Origin: an uncultured virus (IMG/VR IMGVR_UViG_3300034110_000988) | Lineage: Duplodnaviria > Heunggongvirae > Uroviricota > Caudoviricetes | IMG/VR virus record: IMGVR_UViG_3300034110_000988 | Length of the DNA: 64,000 nucleotides | Reading direction: 5' to 3' (one strand) | Shown here: positions 39,384 to 49,616 of the stretch, piece after piece | Position numbering within the stretch: the stretch's first letter is position 1 | Layout: every line of letters begins with the position of its first letter | Notes under the pieces: model-generated | Database searches by the model: none | What the model was told of the DNA's origin: nothing | Seen by the model: the letters and a program-made list of their open reading frames with translations, nothing else | Position numbers and translations under genes: made by a program

Positions 39384-40121
39384 CTAAATATAAATCATTT
39401 TTAATAATAGTAAGTTAGCTTTAACACTTTCTTTGGTTGCTTCTATATTGAATTCTTTCAGTTTAAATATATAATCATCTGGTTTCATGTACATATTTAT
39501 TGCCATTCTTTCATACAATGTAAAACTTTTGAAATTATCTATATCTATATCAATTTCTGCTATCATTTTTTTATAGCTTTCATGCTTTATGGTAGTGGGC
39601 TTAAAGTTTTCATCACACTGATTTTCCATATTCCATGTAGATTCTTCTTGGTTAATTAAACCATTTTTGTATATGATTACATGCGGAACAGTATAAGAAG
39701 TGTATCCATATTGAGTTTTTGAAGTTTGGTGGTTGGATGCATAGTGTTCTTCTACTATTTTACCATTGTCAAATTTCATATGACTGGGGACTTCTCTATT
39801 TGTTCTATGCAGACGACCAAGACCTTCTCTGATGTATATTACTTCTTTTATCTGTTGGTCTTTATCTACAATGGTTATTGTGGGAAAGTCAGCATCAATA
39901 TACGGAATATTGGCAAAATCAATGACCAAATCATCTAGGTCATCTCGATACTGCAGACCTCTTAAATCTATAGCGTATAGGCCGTTATAATCATTCTCTA
40001 TTGAAGGATTAATTTTTCTAACAATTCGACCATCAAATTTTGATACCAGTAATTCGCCATAATAGGCTTCGAGATCTCTTCTGTAATATCGTTTGATTTT
40101 TTTTATTATTGATTTCAACAT
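39384..40121 (-). CDS. hypothetical protein with C-terminal MxxI motif
   Basis: ends LLLLKMIYI. Confidence 0.75.
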   Translation of the reverse strand: MLKSIIKKIKRYYRRDLEAYYGELLVSKFDGRIVRKINPSIENDYNGLYAIDLRGLQYRDDLDDLVIDFANIPYIDADFPTITIVDKDQQIKEVIYIREGLGRLHRTNREVPSHMKFDNGKIVEEHYASNHQTSKTQYGYTSYTVPHVIIYKNGLINQEESTWNMENQCDENFKPTTIKHESYKKMIAEIDIDIDNFKSFTLYERMAINMYMKPDDYIFKLKEFNIEATKESVKANLLLLKMIYI

Positions 40122-40363
40122 GGTACTTATCCTATATTTATATTGACAACGAGAAAACGAACGTTTATTATTTCATGTTAAATTCTACAATAGATTATTT
40201 GAAAAGCAAATTTCATATTTTTATATTAGATTTATTTTTACAATTTTTTTCAAAAAAGCTTGCAATTGTTTTTGGTTGTTGTTATGATGGCGACTTACTT
40301 GAAAGCCTTTGTTTAAAAGGTTCTTGGGTCGAAATAAAAAGTTAAATAGTTGAAAAAAAATGC

Positions 40364-40392
40364 TTGACGATGAATGGTTAGAGTGCTACAAT
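40364..40392 (+). promoter_or_regulatory. sigma70 promoter of tRNA operon
   Basis: TTGACG-17-TACAAT with TG extension. Confidence 0.8.
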
Positions 40393-40412
40393 AACCCCAT
40401 CAAGACAAGACA

Positions 40413-40550
40413 GAGCAAGCGGCTAGAACCGTGGGAAGAAAGAGGAAAGGCTTACCCTCCTACTTGCTCGAAAACCTTTGTGAAGGGCTGATTATTTGGC
40501 CCATATGAGTCTGTAACAAAGGTGCCACTGTATGACTCTAACGGTGACCA
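40413..40550 (+). ncRNA. structured leader RNA(s) ending in ACCA
   Basis: GAGCAAG/CTTGCTC; ACCTTTGT/ACAAAGGT; CACTG/CGGTG; GAGTC complementary to GACTC. Confidence 0.45.
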
Positions 40551-40555
40551 TTTAT

Positions 40556-40631
<76 letters not shown>

Positions 40632-40695
40632 GTCTAGATTGTTTGCTTATTTTGATGGATAACTACTGTCCAATAAGTGGCAATCGCTGATTTGA

Positions 40696-40772
40696 CGCGG
40701 GGTGGAGAAGCCCGGTAACTCACCAGCCTCATAAGCTGGAGATCGCAGGTTCAAATCCTGCCCCCGCAACCA
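40696..40772 (+). tRNA. initiator-type tRNA-fMet(CAT)
   Basis: CGCGGGG start, C1.A72 mismatch; anticodon stem CCAGC/GCTGG. Confidence 0.9.
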
Positions 40773-40876
40773 TTTCGGATACATCTCTGGTGTGTCCACC
40801 TGTGAAGAAAAACACAGAGTCAACTTAGACTGAATAAAACGGCTGTGAGTAAACACAGTTTTTAAAAAATCACTAT

Positions 40877-40952
<76 letters not shown>

Positions 40953-40965
40953 GATTTGTATTTTT

Positions 40966-41041
40966 GTCCTTTGTAGCTCAGTTGGTAGAGCGGGCGGTAG
41001 AAGCCGCCGCGTCATAGGTTCGATTCCTGTCGGGGACACCA
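40966..41041 (+). tRNA. aberrant tRNA-Phe-like gene (6-nt loop TAGAAG)
   Basis: canonical D/T arms; GGCGG-TAGAAG-CCGCC; one extra nt in 5' acceptor strand. Confidence 0.75.
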
Positions 41042-41048
41042 TTTAGAA

Positions 41049-41072
41049 ACCATGCTTCGGCATGGTTTTTTT
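41049..41072 (+). terminator. intrinsic terminator
   Basis: ACCATGC-TTCG-GCATGGT plus T-run; near copies at 43241 and 44410. Confidence 0.85.
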
Positions 41073-41146
41073 CTTCAGCTTGAAAAAACTTTACAGATAT
41101 TGAGTATTTTGATATAATTACTTTCTATTTCTTGGAGCCTGTTATT

Positions 41147-41650
41147 ATGAATCGTGTTGATATGATGGTTGATATTTTTCTGAAATCTTATCCAGCTCAG
41201 CATTGGCCGTCTAATCCAGATAATTTTCTTAAAGCACCTACACTTTTGGAAAATCTTGAACATGTTGAGCAGCATTTGAATATGTTGATTGATCTTCCTG
41301 AATGGTTTCGTTCTAATGGTCGTATTCGTCATACAAAATTGTTGGAAGGAGTTATTCTTGAACTGGAACAAGCACTTGCTGTTGAACACGAACAAAAAGC
41401 AGAACTATTAAAAGAAATGTTTTATGATTACATTAAAGGTCATTATACATTCATTAAAAAAGTGTTTTCAATTGAAGATGTTAATAAAGCATTTTCTCTT
41501 GATCCGGCAATATATGAAAAATTTAATTTGACGTTTGACTTCTATAATAAAGAAATCTTACAAGAATTGTTGGAATCTTTTAATGATATTTTGGAAGTCA
41601 TTGAAAAGGTTAAACATGTCAAGAAACTATTGGATAAATCTAGATATTAA
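41147..41650 (+). CDS. hypothetical protein
   Basis: GGAG RBS, own promoter and terminator. Confidence 0.7.
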   Translation: MNRVDMMVDIFLKSYPAQHWPSNPDNFLKAPTLLENLEHVEQHLNMLIDLPEWFRSNGRIRHTKLLEGVILELEQALAVEHEQKAELLKEMFYDYIKGHYTFIKKVFSIEDVNKAFSLDPAIYEKFNLTFDFYNKEILQELLESFNDILEVIEKVKHVKKLLDKSRY

Positions 41651-41739
41651 TTTTATGAAGACATCTTAAGATGTCTTTTTTGTTTACATCAATTCACTTT
41701 TTTGTTATAATATAATCCATTTATTAATGAGGATATTCT

Positions 41740-42072
41740 ATGAAAAACACACTTCCTGCTGTTTTGTTTATTATTGGTTTGGTTGGGCTTACTGGCATCA
41801 GCACTGCTAAGGCCGATGTTGTGGAAGATCACGTTGAACGTTTTTCAGCATATTGTGTATCGTATGATCGTTATGTTGTTAATGAAGATTCTGTAAAAGA
41901 TATTATTCGTGAGGCAGATGGATATATTACAATGACAACAGAAGATAATCGTAAAATTATTACAGGTGGTGTTTGTACGTTTAAACAACTTAAACCCAAT
42001 AAAAAAGTGACGATGATTGAAAATAAAGAATTTCCAGAAGATGGTGAGCAACGATATGCCATTGGTCATTAA
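41740..42072 (+). CDS. putative secreted protein
   Basis: signal peptide ending AKA. Confidence 0.7.
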   Translation: MKNTLPAVLFIIGLVGLTGISTAKADVVEDHVERFSAYCVSYDRYVVNEDSVKDIIREADGYITMTTEDNRKIITGGVCTFKQLKPNKKVTMIENKEFPEDGEQRYAIGH

Positions 42073-42118
42073 TGGATATTAATTTTTACACTCCCTCATT
42101 TTCAATCAAGGAATTCTC

Positions 42119-43219
42119 ATGATTATTAATTACCCCGTATTGATTAAAGCCATTTATGAAAAGTGCCAAGAAGCGATTGCTTCTGGAGAAGATTGGACAT
42201 TCATGGAAAATAAGACAACCTTTGCTGTCTTTAAAAGTCACTTGCAAGAAGCTTTTAATGCAACCTTAATTGATTTTGGTGGTCACAACCATAACAACAT
42301 GGCTGGTGATACGCTTGCTGTCGTTGCAGAAAAAGAACCTCATATGTATGAAAAAATCAAAGAACGAACAACACAAGCTTTGAAATATTTTGTGCGAGAT
42401 GTTTATAAATCCATTAAAGAAAATCAGCCCTACGAAAAGATCGAAAAATCCGTTCTTTGTAAACGCAGCTATTTTTATACGATGGCTATGTTGATTCAAG
42501 GTTCACCGGGCACTTATTGTTTTGTATGTGGTAAAACCAACGGGCTTTACATGAAAAATGGCATCATTTCACCGGGTTGTTTCATTGATCAAGCCAACCC
42601 ATTGTGGGAACTGCTCCATGATGATTATAAAATCATGTTGCGTGAAGAAGGTGTTTCAGAAGATAAGCTTTGTGCATATCCAGATGGTATTGAAAAATTC
42701 GAACAATTCATGACCATTAAATCTAATCACTTGGTGTTTGCGAATGATTTGCGAAGTGATGTTAAAGTTGACCCCATTGAATCCCTTAAATACAGCACAG
42801 AACGTTCTGGTTATTACAACAGTATCAACTCTGATTTGGGTGCTATGTATGACCAAGAATACTCACTTAGCCTTGGCTTACTTAAAGTCAAAACAGGTAA
42901 TTCATCTCCGGTTGTTGCTTATAATGCAAAAACTGGGGTAATCTTGGCGGCAGATCAACACGCTTGGAAACAAAAGAAACAATACCAGTTCCCACTGGAT
43001 GTTGAAGGATTTAGGGCTAAATGTACTATTTGCACGGATGTTTGGACGGTTCAGGCCGTTGATAGCATTATTTACGAAGACTATGCAAAAGAACAAGGAA
43101 TTACACTGAAAGAAGCAGCAGCAAGAAATGGTGATATTATTCCAGTGACACCGGGGAAATACAAAATCACCACGTATACAGCCCCACCTGTCTTTTTCAC
43201 TATTGAAAAAGTGGGTTAA
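42119..43219 (+). CDS. hypothetical protein with CxxCG; tandem paralogue of 43360
   Basis: shared FGGHN.N, YC.VCG, LVFAN, YNSINS.LGAMY, PVTPG.Y. Confidence 0.8.
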   Translation: MIINYPVLIKAIYEKCQEAIASGEDWTFMENKTTFAVFKSHLQEAFNATLIDFGGHNHNNMAGDTLAVVAEKEPHMYEKIKERTTQALKYFVRDVYKSIKENQPYEKIEKSVLCKRSYFYTMAMLIQGSPGTYCFVCGKTNGLYMKNGIISPGCFIDQANPLWELLHDDYKIMLREEGVSEDKLCAYPDGIEKFEQFMTIKSNHLVFANDLRSDVKVDPIESLKYSTERSGYYNSINSDLGAMYDQEYSLSLGLLKVKTGNSSPVVAYNAKTGVILAADQHAWKQKKQYQFPLDVEGFRAKCTICTDVWTVQAVDSIIYEDYAKEQGITLKEAAARNGDIIPVTPGKYKITTYTAPPVFFTIEKVG

Positions 43220-43359
43220 GTCGTCACTTTTGTAAACAGAACCATGCTTAGGCATGGTTTTTTTTATAATTTTATTTCTTTTTAACTCATTTTGTTGTAT
43301 AATCACATCATTAAACACTACAATCAATTTCCTAAAATTCACTTTTAAGGTTGAAAAAT

Positions 43360-44388
43360 ATGAAAATTAATTACGAAATCCTTATTGATACTGTTTATCA
43401 AAAAGCCTTGGTTGATATGAGTAATTCAGAACCATTTGATGTAATTAAAAAACAGGCTGTTGCCGATATTTTTGAACAAGAAATCAAAGCGGCATTTTAT
43501 GCTACATCACTTAAATTTGGTGGTCATAACAATAACCTTTTTAATCGCTATTCATTGAAAAAGCTTGAACAAAATTCCAGCTATGATGCAAGAAGCATGT
43601 TCAATGAAATTAAAGAAAAAGTGATGTTTGCACTTAATTTTATTGTTGATTCTATCTACAATGGCGTTAAAGCAGAACAAAACTACAATACTATTAAAGC
43701 AAATACGCTTACTGTCGCTGAGAAGTTAATGACCTTTAAAGTTTCAAAATATTGCTCTGTATGTGGTCAAGACAGTAATTATCAAATGAGTAATGGATCT
43801 ATTTCAGAGACTTATAAAAAATGCCCATTTCCAAAAGGTATTGAACCTTTTACACAATATATGCCAGTAAGGTCAAATCGTTTGGTCTTTGCAAATCATT
43901 TTGAAGATATTTTTAACACGGTTCCGTTAGAGTTTAGAGATCATATTGCACAATACAATCGTGAATATAATTCTATCAACTCTGAATTGGGGGCAATGTA
44001 CGAACAACAACACCAATTGAATAACAAACTTTTACAAGTGTTGGTAAGTGATGCAGGTTCAGTTATTGTACAGAACCCCGTTTCTCGTATTATTATGGCT
44101 GTAAGTATTGATGCTTGGAATAATCCAAAAAAGTATAAGTTCCCTATCCCTACTGATGACTTTACGGTTTTGGGTTATGTAGACAGTAACGCTCATATTA
44201 TGCAAGTCATTGACAGTTTCTATGTTGAAGAATACGCAAAACAACATGGAATGTCTTTCGAAGAATTTCTTGAAAGATATGAAGCATTTACTGTTCCTGT
44301 TACACCGGGTACCTATTCTGTCAAAAATTACAATGCTCACAATTATGATGACATAAAACCAGTATTCTTTTCTCTCAATAAAATTTAA
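43360..44388 (+). CDS. hypothetical protein, paralogue of 42119
   Basis: same motifs, same terminator family. Confidence 0.8.
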   Translation: MKINYEILIDTVYQKALVDMSNSEPFDVIKKQAVADIFEQEIKAAFYATSLKFGGHNNNLFNRYSLKKLEQNSSYDARSMFNEIKEKVMFALNFIVDSIYNGVKAEQNYNTIKANTLTVAEKLMTFKVSKYCSVCGQDSNYQMSNGSISETYKKCPFPKGIEPFTQYMPVRSNRLVFANHFEDIFNTVPLEFRDHIAQYNREYNSINSELGAMYEQQHQLNNKLLQVLVSDAGSVIVQNPVSRIIMAVSIDAWNNPKKYKFPIPTDDFTVLGYVDSNAHIMQVIDSFYVEEYAKQHGMSFEEFLERYEAFTVPVTPGTYSVKNYNAHNYDDIKPVFFSLNKI

Positions 44389-44511
44389 GTGAAAATTTGT
44401 CTCTTTTAGACCATGCTTCAGCATGGTTTTCTTGCTTCTTTTTTGAATCCATTTTACTTTCAAGACGATTTTTGATATAATACAGCCATCAAAACCTATC
44501 AGGAAACTATC

Positions 44512-45111
44512 ATGTCAAACGATCAGAACAATCAATTCAAAGTGCATTCAATCGTTGGTGTTCAACCTTCAGTTTCATTGACCAAAATTGGAACATTGTC
44601 TTCTGCTCAGCTTTCAAATGTTTTAGCATCTTTTACTGATTGTGATCCTATCGGTTGGGATGCTACTAACGATAATCCTGATGATGTTGCACTTTCAAAA
44701 CAATTCAACTTTGACATCGACGCTTGCACTGCTGATGAAGATTTTGTTCTTTTTGGTTTTACCCGAGGGGATCAAAAACAAAACCAACTTAAAACCCTTT
44801 TTGAGTTGTATCCAGAAATCGCTAATGAGTCTTTTGGTGTATTGACGTGTGATAGTTATTTTGCTCACACACATAATGACAAAGATGTAGTCCGTTCTGC
44901 AGGTCAAATCATGTTTGTTGTAGAAAACAATGCTGATCATATCTTGTATTCAAAAGATAACAATGGTATTGAACATACATTTGTGCCAAAAACAGGTGAT
45001 GTTGTCTTACTGGATGTTTGGTGTGATCATGCAGTTATTCCAAATCAGTCGAAAGGACTTAATTTCATGAGGGATAATGGCATGAAATTGGTATGTTTTG
45101 CCATTGATTAA
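44512..45111 (+). CDS. 2OG-Fe(II) oxygenase/cupin-like protein
   Basis: HTHND...GDVVLLD...HAV; paralogue of 32246. Confidence 0.6.
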   Translation: MSNDQNNQFKVHSIVGVQPSVSLTKIGTLSSAQLSNVLASFTDCDPIGWDATNDNPDDVALSKQFNFDIDACTADEDFVLFGFTRGDQKQNQLKTLFELYPEIANESFGVLTCDSYFAHTHNDKDVVRSAGQIMFVVENNADHILYSKDNNGIEHTFVPKTGDVVLLDVWCDHAVIPNQSKGLNFMRDNGMKLVCFAID

Positions 45112-45227
45112 TTTATTTTTTACATCTGATATCCTTTTGATGTTAAATAAGAAGTGTTCTCAATTGTATTGACTTTTATAATTTTTGTGTTATATTCTAC
45201 TGAACACAACTTATAGGAGTTCAAATT

Positions 45228-45542
45228 ATGAAAACCAAGTTAATTGTTATCGCTGGCATCTTATCTCTACCATTGTCTGTGGCATTTGCAGATGTAAATA
45301 ATTCAAACACCATTCCTAATAATACTGACGGAACTACGACTACTCAACCAATTGATAAAAACAATCAACCTTCTACTGGTACTGATCGTCATGACAAATC
45401 AAATATACATCGTTCAAATGATATGCATAAACGAGGAACACATAATGTAACCGATGATGTCCCAGTCAAACAAACGCCTAATGATGTCCCAGTTAAACAA
45501 CCATCAGATCTTAGTCCTTCCCATCCAAGCACGACTAATTAA
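45228..45542 (+). CDS. small secreted low-complexity protein
   Basis: signal peptide ending AFA; DVPVKQ repeated twice. Confidence 0.7.
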   Translation: MKTKLIVIAGILSLPLSVAFADVNNSNTIPNNTDGTTTTQPIDKNNQPSTGTDRHDKSNIHRSNDMHKRGTHNVTDDVPVKQTPNDVPVKQPSDLSPSHPSTTN

Positions 45543-45588
45543 AGATAACAAAAAACACGCTCAGGCGTGTTTTTTCTTCTATAAACAA

Positions 45589-46197
45589 TTATTCAAATCC
45601 ATCTAACATGTCGTTGTCCTTCGCTAAATTGTAAGCCAATGAAAAAGGTACTGCCAAGTTTGGATAGCTTGCTTTTAAATTCTTGCTGACCATTTCTACT
45701 TTGTTTACCCCAAACATCCCTGCTGGTGTGAATTTTATATCCCATTCTTTTATATACTTACCTATATCTTTTAACTCTTTATAATTCTCAATGGCGATCT
45801 CGATATCGTTTAATAACTGATGGTGTGTCACTTTTTCAGCATAATTAGTTTTATTTTCTGGATTGAACTTTTTCTTTACAGTAAATTCGTTATACCACTT
45901 GTTGATTAAGTAAAGATCATTACTGTGTGTTTCATCTAATTTATACTTTTTAACGTAGTCATAGAGCCAAGTCACTTCTTCACGTTTCAAAAACTTGTTA
46001 TAAAACTCTTTAATGGTTAGTCTTAGGAAATGATTTAAGGCTAAGAGCTTATCCACATCAGACGCATTTTTAATTTCGCTCCGTGTTCCAGCAAACATCT
46101 GGTATTCAGCCGCAAACACTTTTTCAGTTACCGCGTCAGTTCTGGCATGAATTTCTTTTAAAAACTCTAAATAGGCTATCGTATCTTTATTCATCAT
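45589..46197 (-). CDS. hypothetical protein
   Basis: AGGAG RBS, 202 aa. Confidence 0.7.
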   Translation of the reverse strand: MMNKDTIAYLEFLKEIHARTDAVTEKVFAAEYQMFAGTRSEIKNASDVDKLLALNHFLRLTIKEFYNKFLKREEVTWLYDYVKKYKLDETHSNDLYLINKWYNEFTVKKKFNPENKTNYAEKVTHHQLLNDIEIAIENYKELKDIGKYIKEWDIKFTPAGMFGVNKVEMVSKNLKASYPNLAVPFSLAYNLAKDNDMLDGFE

Positions 46198-46347
46198 TAA
46201 CTCCTAATATTCAACAGATAATACTATATAATATTTAAAAATCAATTTTTTTATTACTGATTTTGTCAAAAAAAACAAAAACTTTGACAGTCGTCCCCAT
46301 TTTTAGTATACTTGGCAGGTGAATACAACTACATGAGGATGTCCCCA

Positions 46348-47076
46348 ATGGAAGCAACAACAGAACCTACCGTAGAACTTTTTAATGGTATGACTTTTGA
46401 AGAAAAAATCAAATCGCTGTCTCCAATGTATGCGGTGGTGTGTGTGAACCCAGATGGAACTCTTTCTGGTTTGGTTGAACATTCTTTCTCTATGGATAAA
46501 AGCCTTGAACGTGTAAATGTCTTTTGGACTTCTGAAAAACGTGGTATTGATGGTAAAAAATGGGCAAAAGAAAACAGTAACCCATCAAACGGCTGGTTTG
46601 TAATCGAGCTTACAGCAGAAGATTGCCCTATTGAAATCGACTGGATGTCTTGGCTTAAATCCACCTACAAATTTACCAGTCGTAACGCACGGTTTAAATT
46701 GCGTGAAGGTTTTGACTTCTCGGAACAAGCCAAAGAAGCAACCATCCGTGAAAACTATAAACAAAAACATGATGCGATCATGGAATTTGTTTCGGTTCAA
46801 AACAAAGCAGAAGAACGATACAGTGCAGCAATGCGTGCTGCTCAGAAAGTGATGGACGCAGAAACGGCTGAAATCAAGCCTGAGATTCAAAAATTGCGAA
46901 ACAAATATCAGGCAAAAGCAAAACAAATTGCTATCGCCAAAGGTGTTTGTCCTAAATTGCCAGATGGCCGTTATATGAATACTGGTAATAGCCGTATCAC
47001 GCAATATGGCGTTCAGTTGAAATGGTTCTCTGCTGGTCAGATTACCTATACTGTTCCGTGGAAAGAACTGTTTTAA
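46348..47076 (+). CDS. hypothetical protein with coiled coil
   Basis: GAGG RBS, TTGACA/TATACT promoter. Confidence 0.75.
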   Translation: MEATTEPTVELFNGMTFEEKIKSLSPMYAVVCVNPDGTLSGLVEHSFSMDKSLERVNVFWTSEKRGIDGKKWAKENSNPSNGWFVIELTAEDCPIEIDWMSWLKSTYKFTSRNARFKLREGFDFSEQAKEATIRENYKQKHDAIMEFVSVQNKAEERYSAAMRAAQKVMDAETAEIKPEIQKLRNKYQAKAKQIAIAKGVCPKLPDGRYMNTGNSRITQYGVQLKWFSAGQITYTVPWKELF

Positions 47077-47171
47077 TCAACAGATGTAAAAGAGCCTCTT
47101 CGGAGGCTTTTTTGTTGCTTAAATACGTCAATTGTTGTATAATATCCTTCTTAAAACTTTAGGTAATTAAT

Positions 47172-47576
47172 ATGTCTCTTTTTGAAAACGCATTCTCTTT
47201 GGGCGAAATTTCCGAAACCATTTATCCAAAGCTTTCTGATGATGTCAAGTTTGCTTTGACGGATGAAGAACTCGGGAGCATCATTGATTTCTGCATTGAC
47301 TCCAAAGGTGCTGTTCGTCTTGGTTCTGGTTTTACTTCGATGTCAGCCGAAACAGATGATAATCCAGAATATGTACCTCGGAATCGTTATGAGTTGAAAT
47401 TGAGTCCTTGGAATAGCCATAGTCTTTATTTTGAACTTGAACTACCGAACCCAGCAGAAGATTTGGCATTCTATACCTTGATTCGCACTGCTATGTTGAC
47501 CGAATTGAAAAGTCGGATTGATCGACACAAGAGAAATGCTCAAACTCGGATTCGCCGCGAAGCTAAAAAAGTTTAG
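47172..47576 (+). CDS. hypothetical protein
   Basis: AGGT RBS, promoter. Confidence 0.7.
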   Translation: MSLFENAFSLGEISETIYPKLSDDVKFALTDEELGSIIDFCIDSKGAVRLGSGFTSMSAETDDNPEYVPRNRYELKLSPWNSHSLYFELELPNPAEDLAFYTLIRTAMLTELKSRIDRHKRNAQTRIRREAKKV

Positions 47577-47621
47577 TATGTCATTATTTTTATTTTAATT
47601 AAACTATTTATATGGTGCAAT

Positions 47622-48188
47622 ATGCTTGAAACTAAACAATTCTCACATTCCTTAATTTACGATAAAATTAAAGATTTTTGTTCTTTTCATGGCATTACTG
47701 AACATGAATTTAAATCTTTTAATTCTCCATCTCTTATTTTTGAACATATTCTTATTGATAATAATAAATCAAAACTAACATCTACTTTTAAAATAAATAA
47801 TTATCATACATTTCATGATATATTTTCAGAATATTTCTTGACGAGTTATTCATTCAAATCGAAATTGATTGATATTGTTGAAATGTACGATAATTTTTTC
47901 AACACTAAAAAACATAAGATTTGTTATAACATATATAATGTTTACTTTATAAATTTAGATAGCGAAATTCAACAAGCTATTGTTTTTTCATTCGAAGAAT
48001 TAAACTTTGGTAATCCTTTTACGCTAGTCATTGAGGCAAATAACAGTAATATCTTAGATCTTGAATATCAAGTTTTTGATTATTATAAAAATACTTTCAC
48101 TGTTAATAATATACCAGAAGATTTTGTAAAATTGCTTAGTCAAATGACAGAAGATGAAAAGATTTTACTACGAATGCTTATTATTTAG
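47622..48188 (+). CDS. hypothetical protein with C-terminal MxxI motif
   Basis: ends EKILLRMLII; AT-rich. Confidence 0.7.
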   Translation: MLETKQFSHSLIYDKIKDFCSFHGITEHEFKSFNSPSLIFEHILIDNNKSKLTSTFKINNYHTFHDIFSEYFLTSYSFKSKLIDIVEMYDNFFNTKKHKICYNIYNVYFINLDSEIQQAIVFSFEELNFGNPFTLVIEANNSNILDLEYQVFDYYKNTFTVNNIPEDFVKLLSQMTEDEKILLRMLII

Positions 48189-48308
48189 GAACTTTTACAG
48201 AAATCCCCTGTAACTAATTGTCCTGTGTGTGTCTCTATATTATTCTCTTTTAATTGCTCTCATCTTGTGGTATAATAGCTTGACTAATCACACTGTGAGA
48301 GAATTCTT

Positions 48309-48617
48309 ATGTATTACCCTACCAACGAAGATTTGCAACGCATGGACTCATTTGTCGAAGAAATGAGCTATTATTTCAAAAAAACGTTTGGTCAATATGA
48401 TCGCTCTTTAGTGCGAAATGTTGTCTACATCGAATCGCATTCTAGTCATGAAGAATCCACTGGTCTGGTTATCTATCAAGACTGGAACGGCTATTTCTAT
48501 TCAGTAGATTTTGGTCATTGCGTTATGGGTGGAAATGATGTTTATACACCACAGCAGGTAACTGAAGATCAAGCCATTCAGATGATGATTGAAATGGATG
48601 AACTCGCTTTTAATTAA
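48309..48617 (+). CDS. hypothetical protein
   Basis: TGGTATAAT promoter. Confidence 0.7.
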   Translation: MYYPTNEDLQRMDSFVEEMSYYFKKTFGQYDRSLVRNVVYIESHSSHEESTGLVIYQDWNGYFYSVDFGHCVMGGNDVYTPQQVTEDQAIQMMIEMDELAFN

Positions 48618-48641
48618 TCATCTATTTAACGGAGACTATCT

Positions 48642-49076
48642 ATGCAACTTACTCAACAAACACCCGCTGACAATGGGTTTTATTTTCTTAGCTACTATGC
48701 TAATACTGTAAATTCATCTGGATTTTCAGAAGTCTCTTTGAAGCAAATTAAATTGACCAAAAGTGGGATGTTGGTGGTCGAAGATGACGAAACGCTTGAT
48801 GGTTATCCAGAAGCTGGTTTTTCTTTGAGAACACCCGATTATGTTACCAGTAAGTTTGCTACATTGGTTAACACTTATATATTGTCGCAAAATTATGACG
48901 TTAGTATTGAAATGGCAATCAATGAAGCCGTAGGTTATGATGACAGCTTCACCGTGTTCATCGGCCCTAGTCATTCAGCAGAATTGATGATTCTAACACA
49001 ACACCCGAATGGCAAGGTTGATCAGTCAATTATTCGTGGTCAGAATGCTTTGCAAATTTTAGCAAACTTTCTCTAA
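48642..49076 (+). CDS. hypothetical protein
   Basis: GGAG RBS. Confidence 0.7.
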   Translation: MQLTQQTPADNGFYFLSYYANTVNSSGFSEVSLKQIKLTKSGMLVVEDDETLDGYPEAGFSLRTPDYVTSKFATLVNTYILSQNYDVSIEMAINEAVGYDDSFTVFIGPSHSAELMILTQHPNGKVDQSIIRGQNALQILANFL

Positions 49077-49084
49077 AAAAAGCT

Positions 49085-49113
49085 TTGACATATGTGGGGT
49101 ATTTTGCTATACT
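49085..49113 (+). promoter_or_regulatory. sigma70 promoter of RNA operon
   Basis: TTGACA-17-TATACT with TG extension. Confidence 0.85.
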
Positions 49114-49171
49114 TATCTCATTGAAACGAATAAGGGGATGGGCTTTAAAGGCTCATTGTTAATCCAGCGTG

Positions 49172-49345
49172 GTCGGGGCGTGGGTTAGGTGCCAGTATGG
49201 CACAAGGTTAATTGAGATGTGATGAATATCATGTCTATGTAGAAATGGCGAAAGCCAGCTCAGTAGCGAGGAATGCAAATACTATTGGTGTATTTCCATT
49301 CAAATAGGTCACTCAGGTAAACCTAGCTTACTCGTCGGCCCTGAT
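49172..49345 (+). ncRNA. multibranch structured ncRNA, about 175 nt
   Basis: TCGGGG/CCCTGA and TGGGTTAGG/CCTAGCTTA closing stems; TGCCA/TGGCA, TGGC-GAAA-GCCA, AAATAC/GTATTT arms. Confidence 0.6.
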
Positions 49346-49349
49346 TTAA

Positions 49350-49428
49350 CGGAGTGTAGGTTAGCCCGGCTTATACCGCTTGCTTTGGGAGCAAGATGTC
49401 GCAGGTTCGAATCCTGCCACTCCGACCA
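49350..49428 (+). tRNA. tRNA-Pro(TGG)
   Basis: CGGAGTG/CACTCCG, CTTGC-TT-TGG-GA-GCAAG, CCA. Confidence 0.93.
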
Positions 49429-49441
49429 AATTTTATTTTGT

Positions 49442-49520
49442 AGCGAAGTAGAGAAGTCTGGCTGTTCTCGCTAGCCTCATAAGCTAGAGATCGGGGGTTC
49501 AAATCCCTCCTTCGCATCCA
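49442..49520 (+). tRNA. second initiator-like tRNA-Met(CAT)
   Basis: A1.A72 mismatch, CTAGC-CT-CAT-AA-GCTAG, T73, CCA. Confidence 0.8.
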
Positions 49521-49616
49521 ATTAAAGAAGCTAACAGCAATGTTGGCTTTTTTTTGTTTCATTTTTGACATATCTCTTTTTTAATGTAAAATTATAGCAC
49601 TAAAAAGGATCTATAT

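Noticed and set aside
40441..40452. RNase P RNA because of GAGGAAAG (also AGGAAAGTC at 62325)
   Set aside because: No matching CR-V segment or sufficient length in the proper order.
40776..40863. Hammerhead ribozyme in the hairpin run between fMet and Thr tRNAs
   Set aside because: Hairpins are present but the CUGANGA/GAAA core is not.
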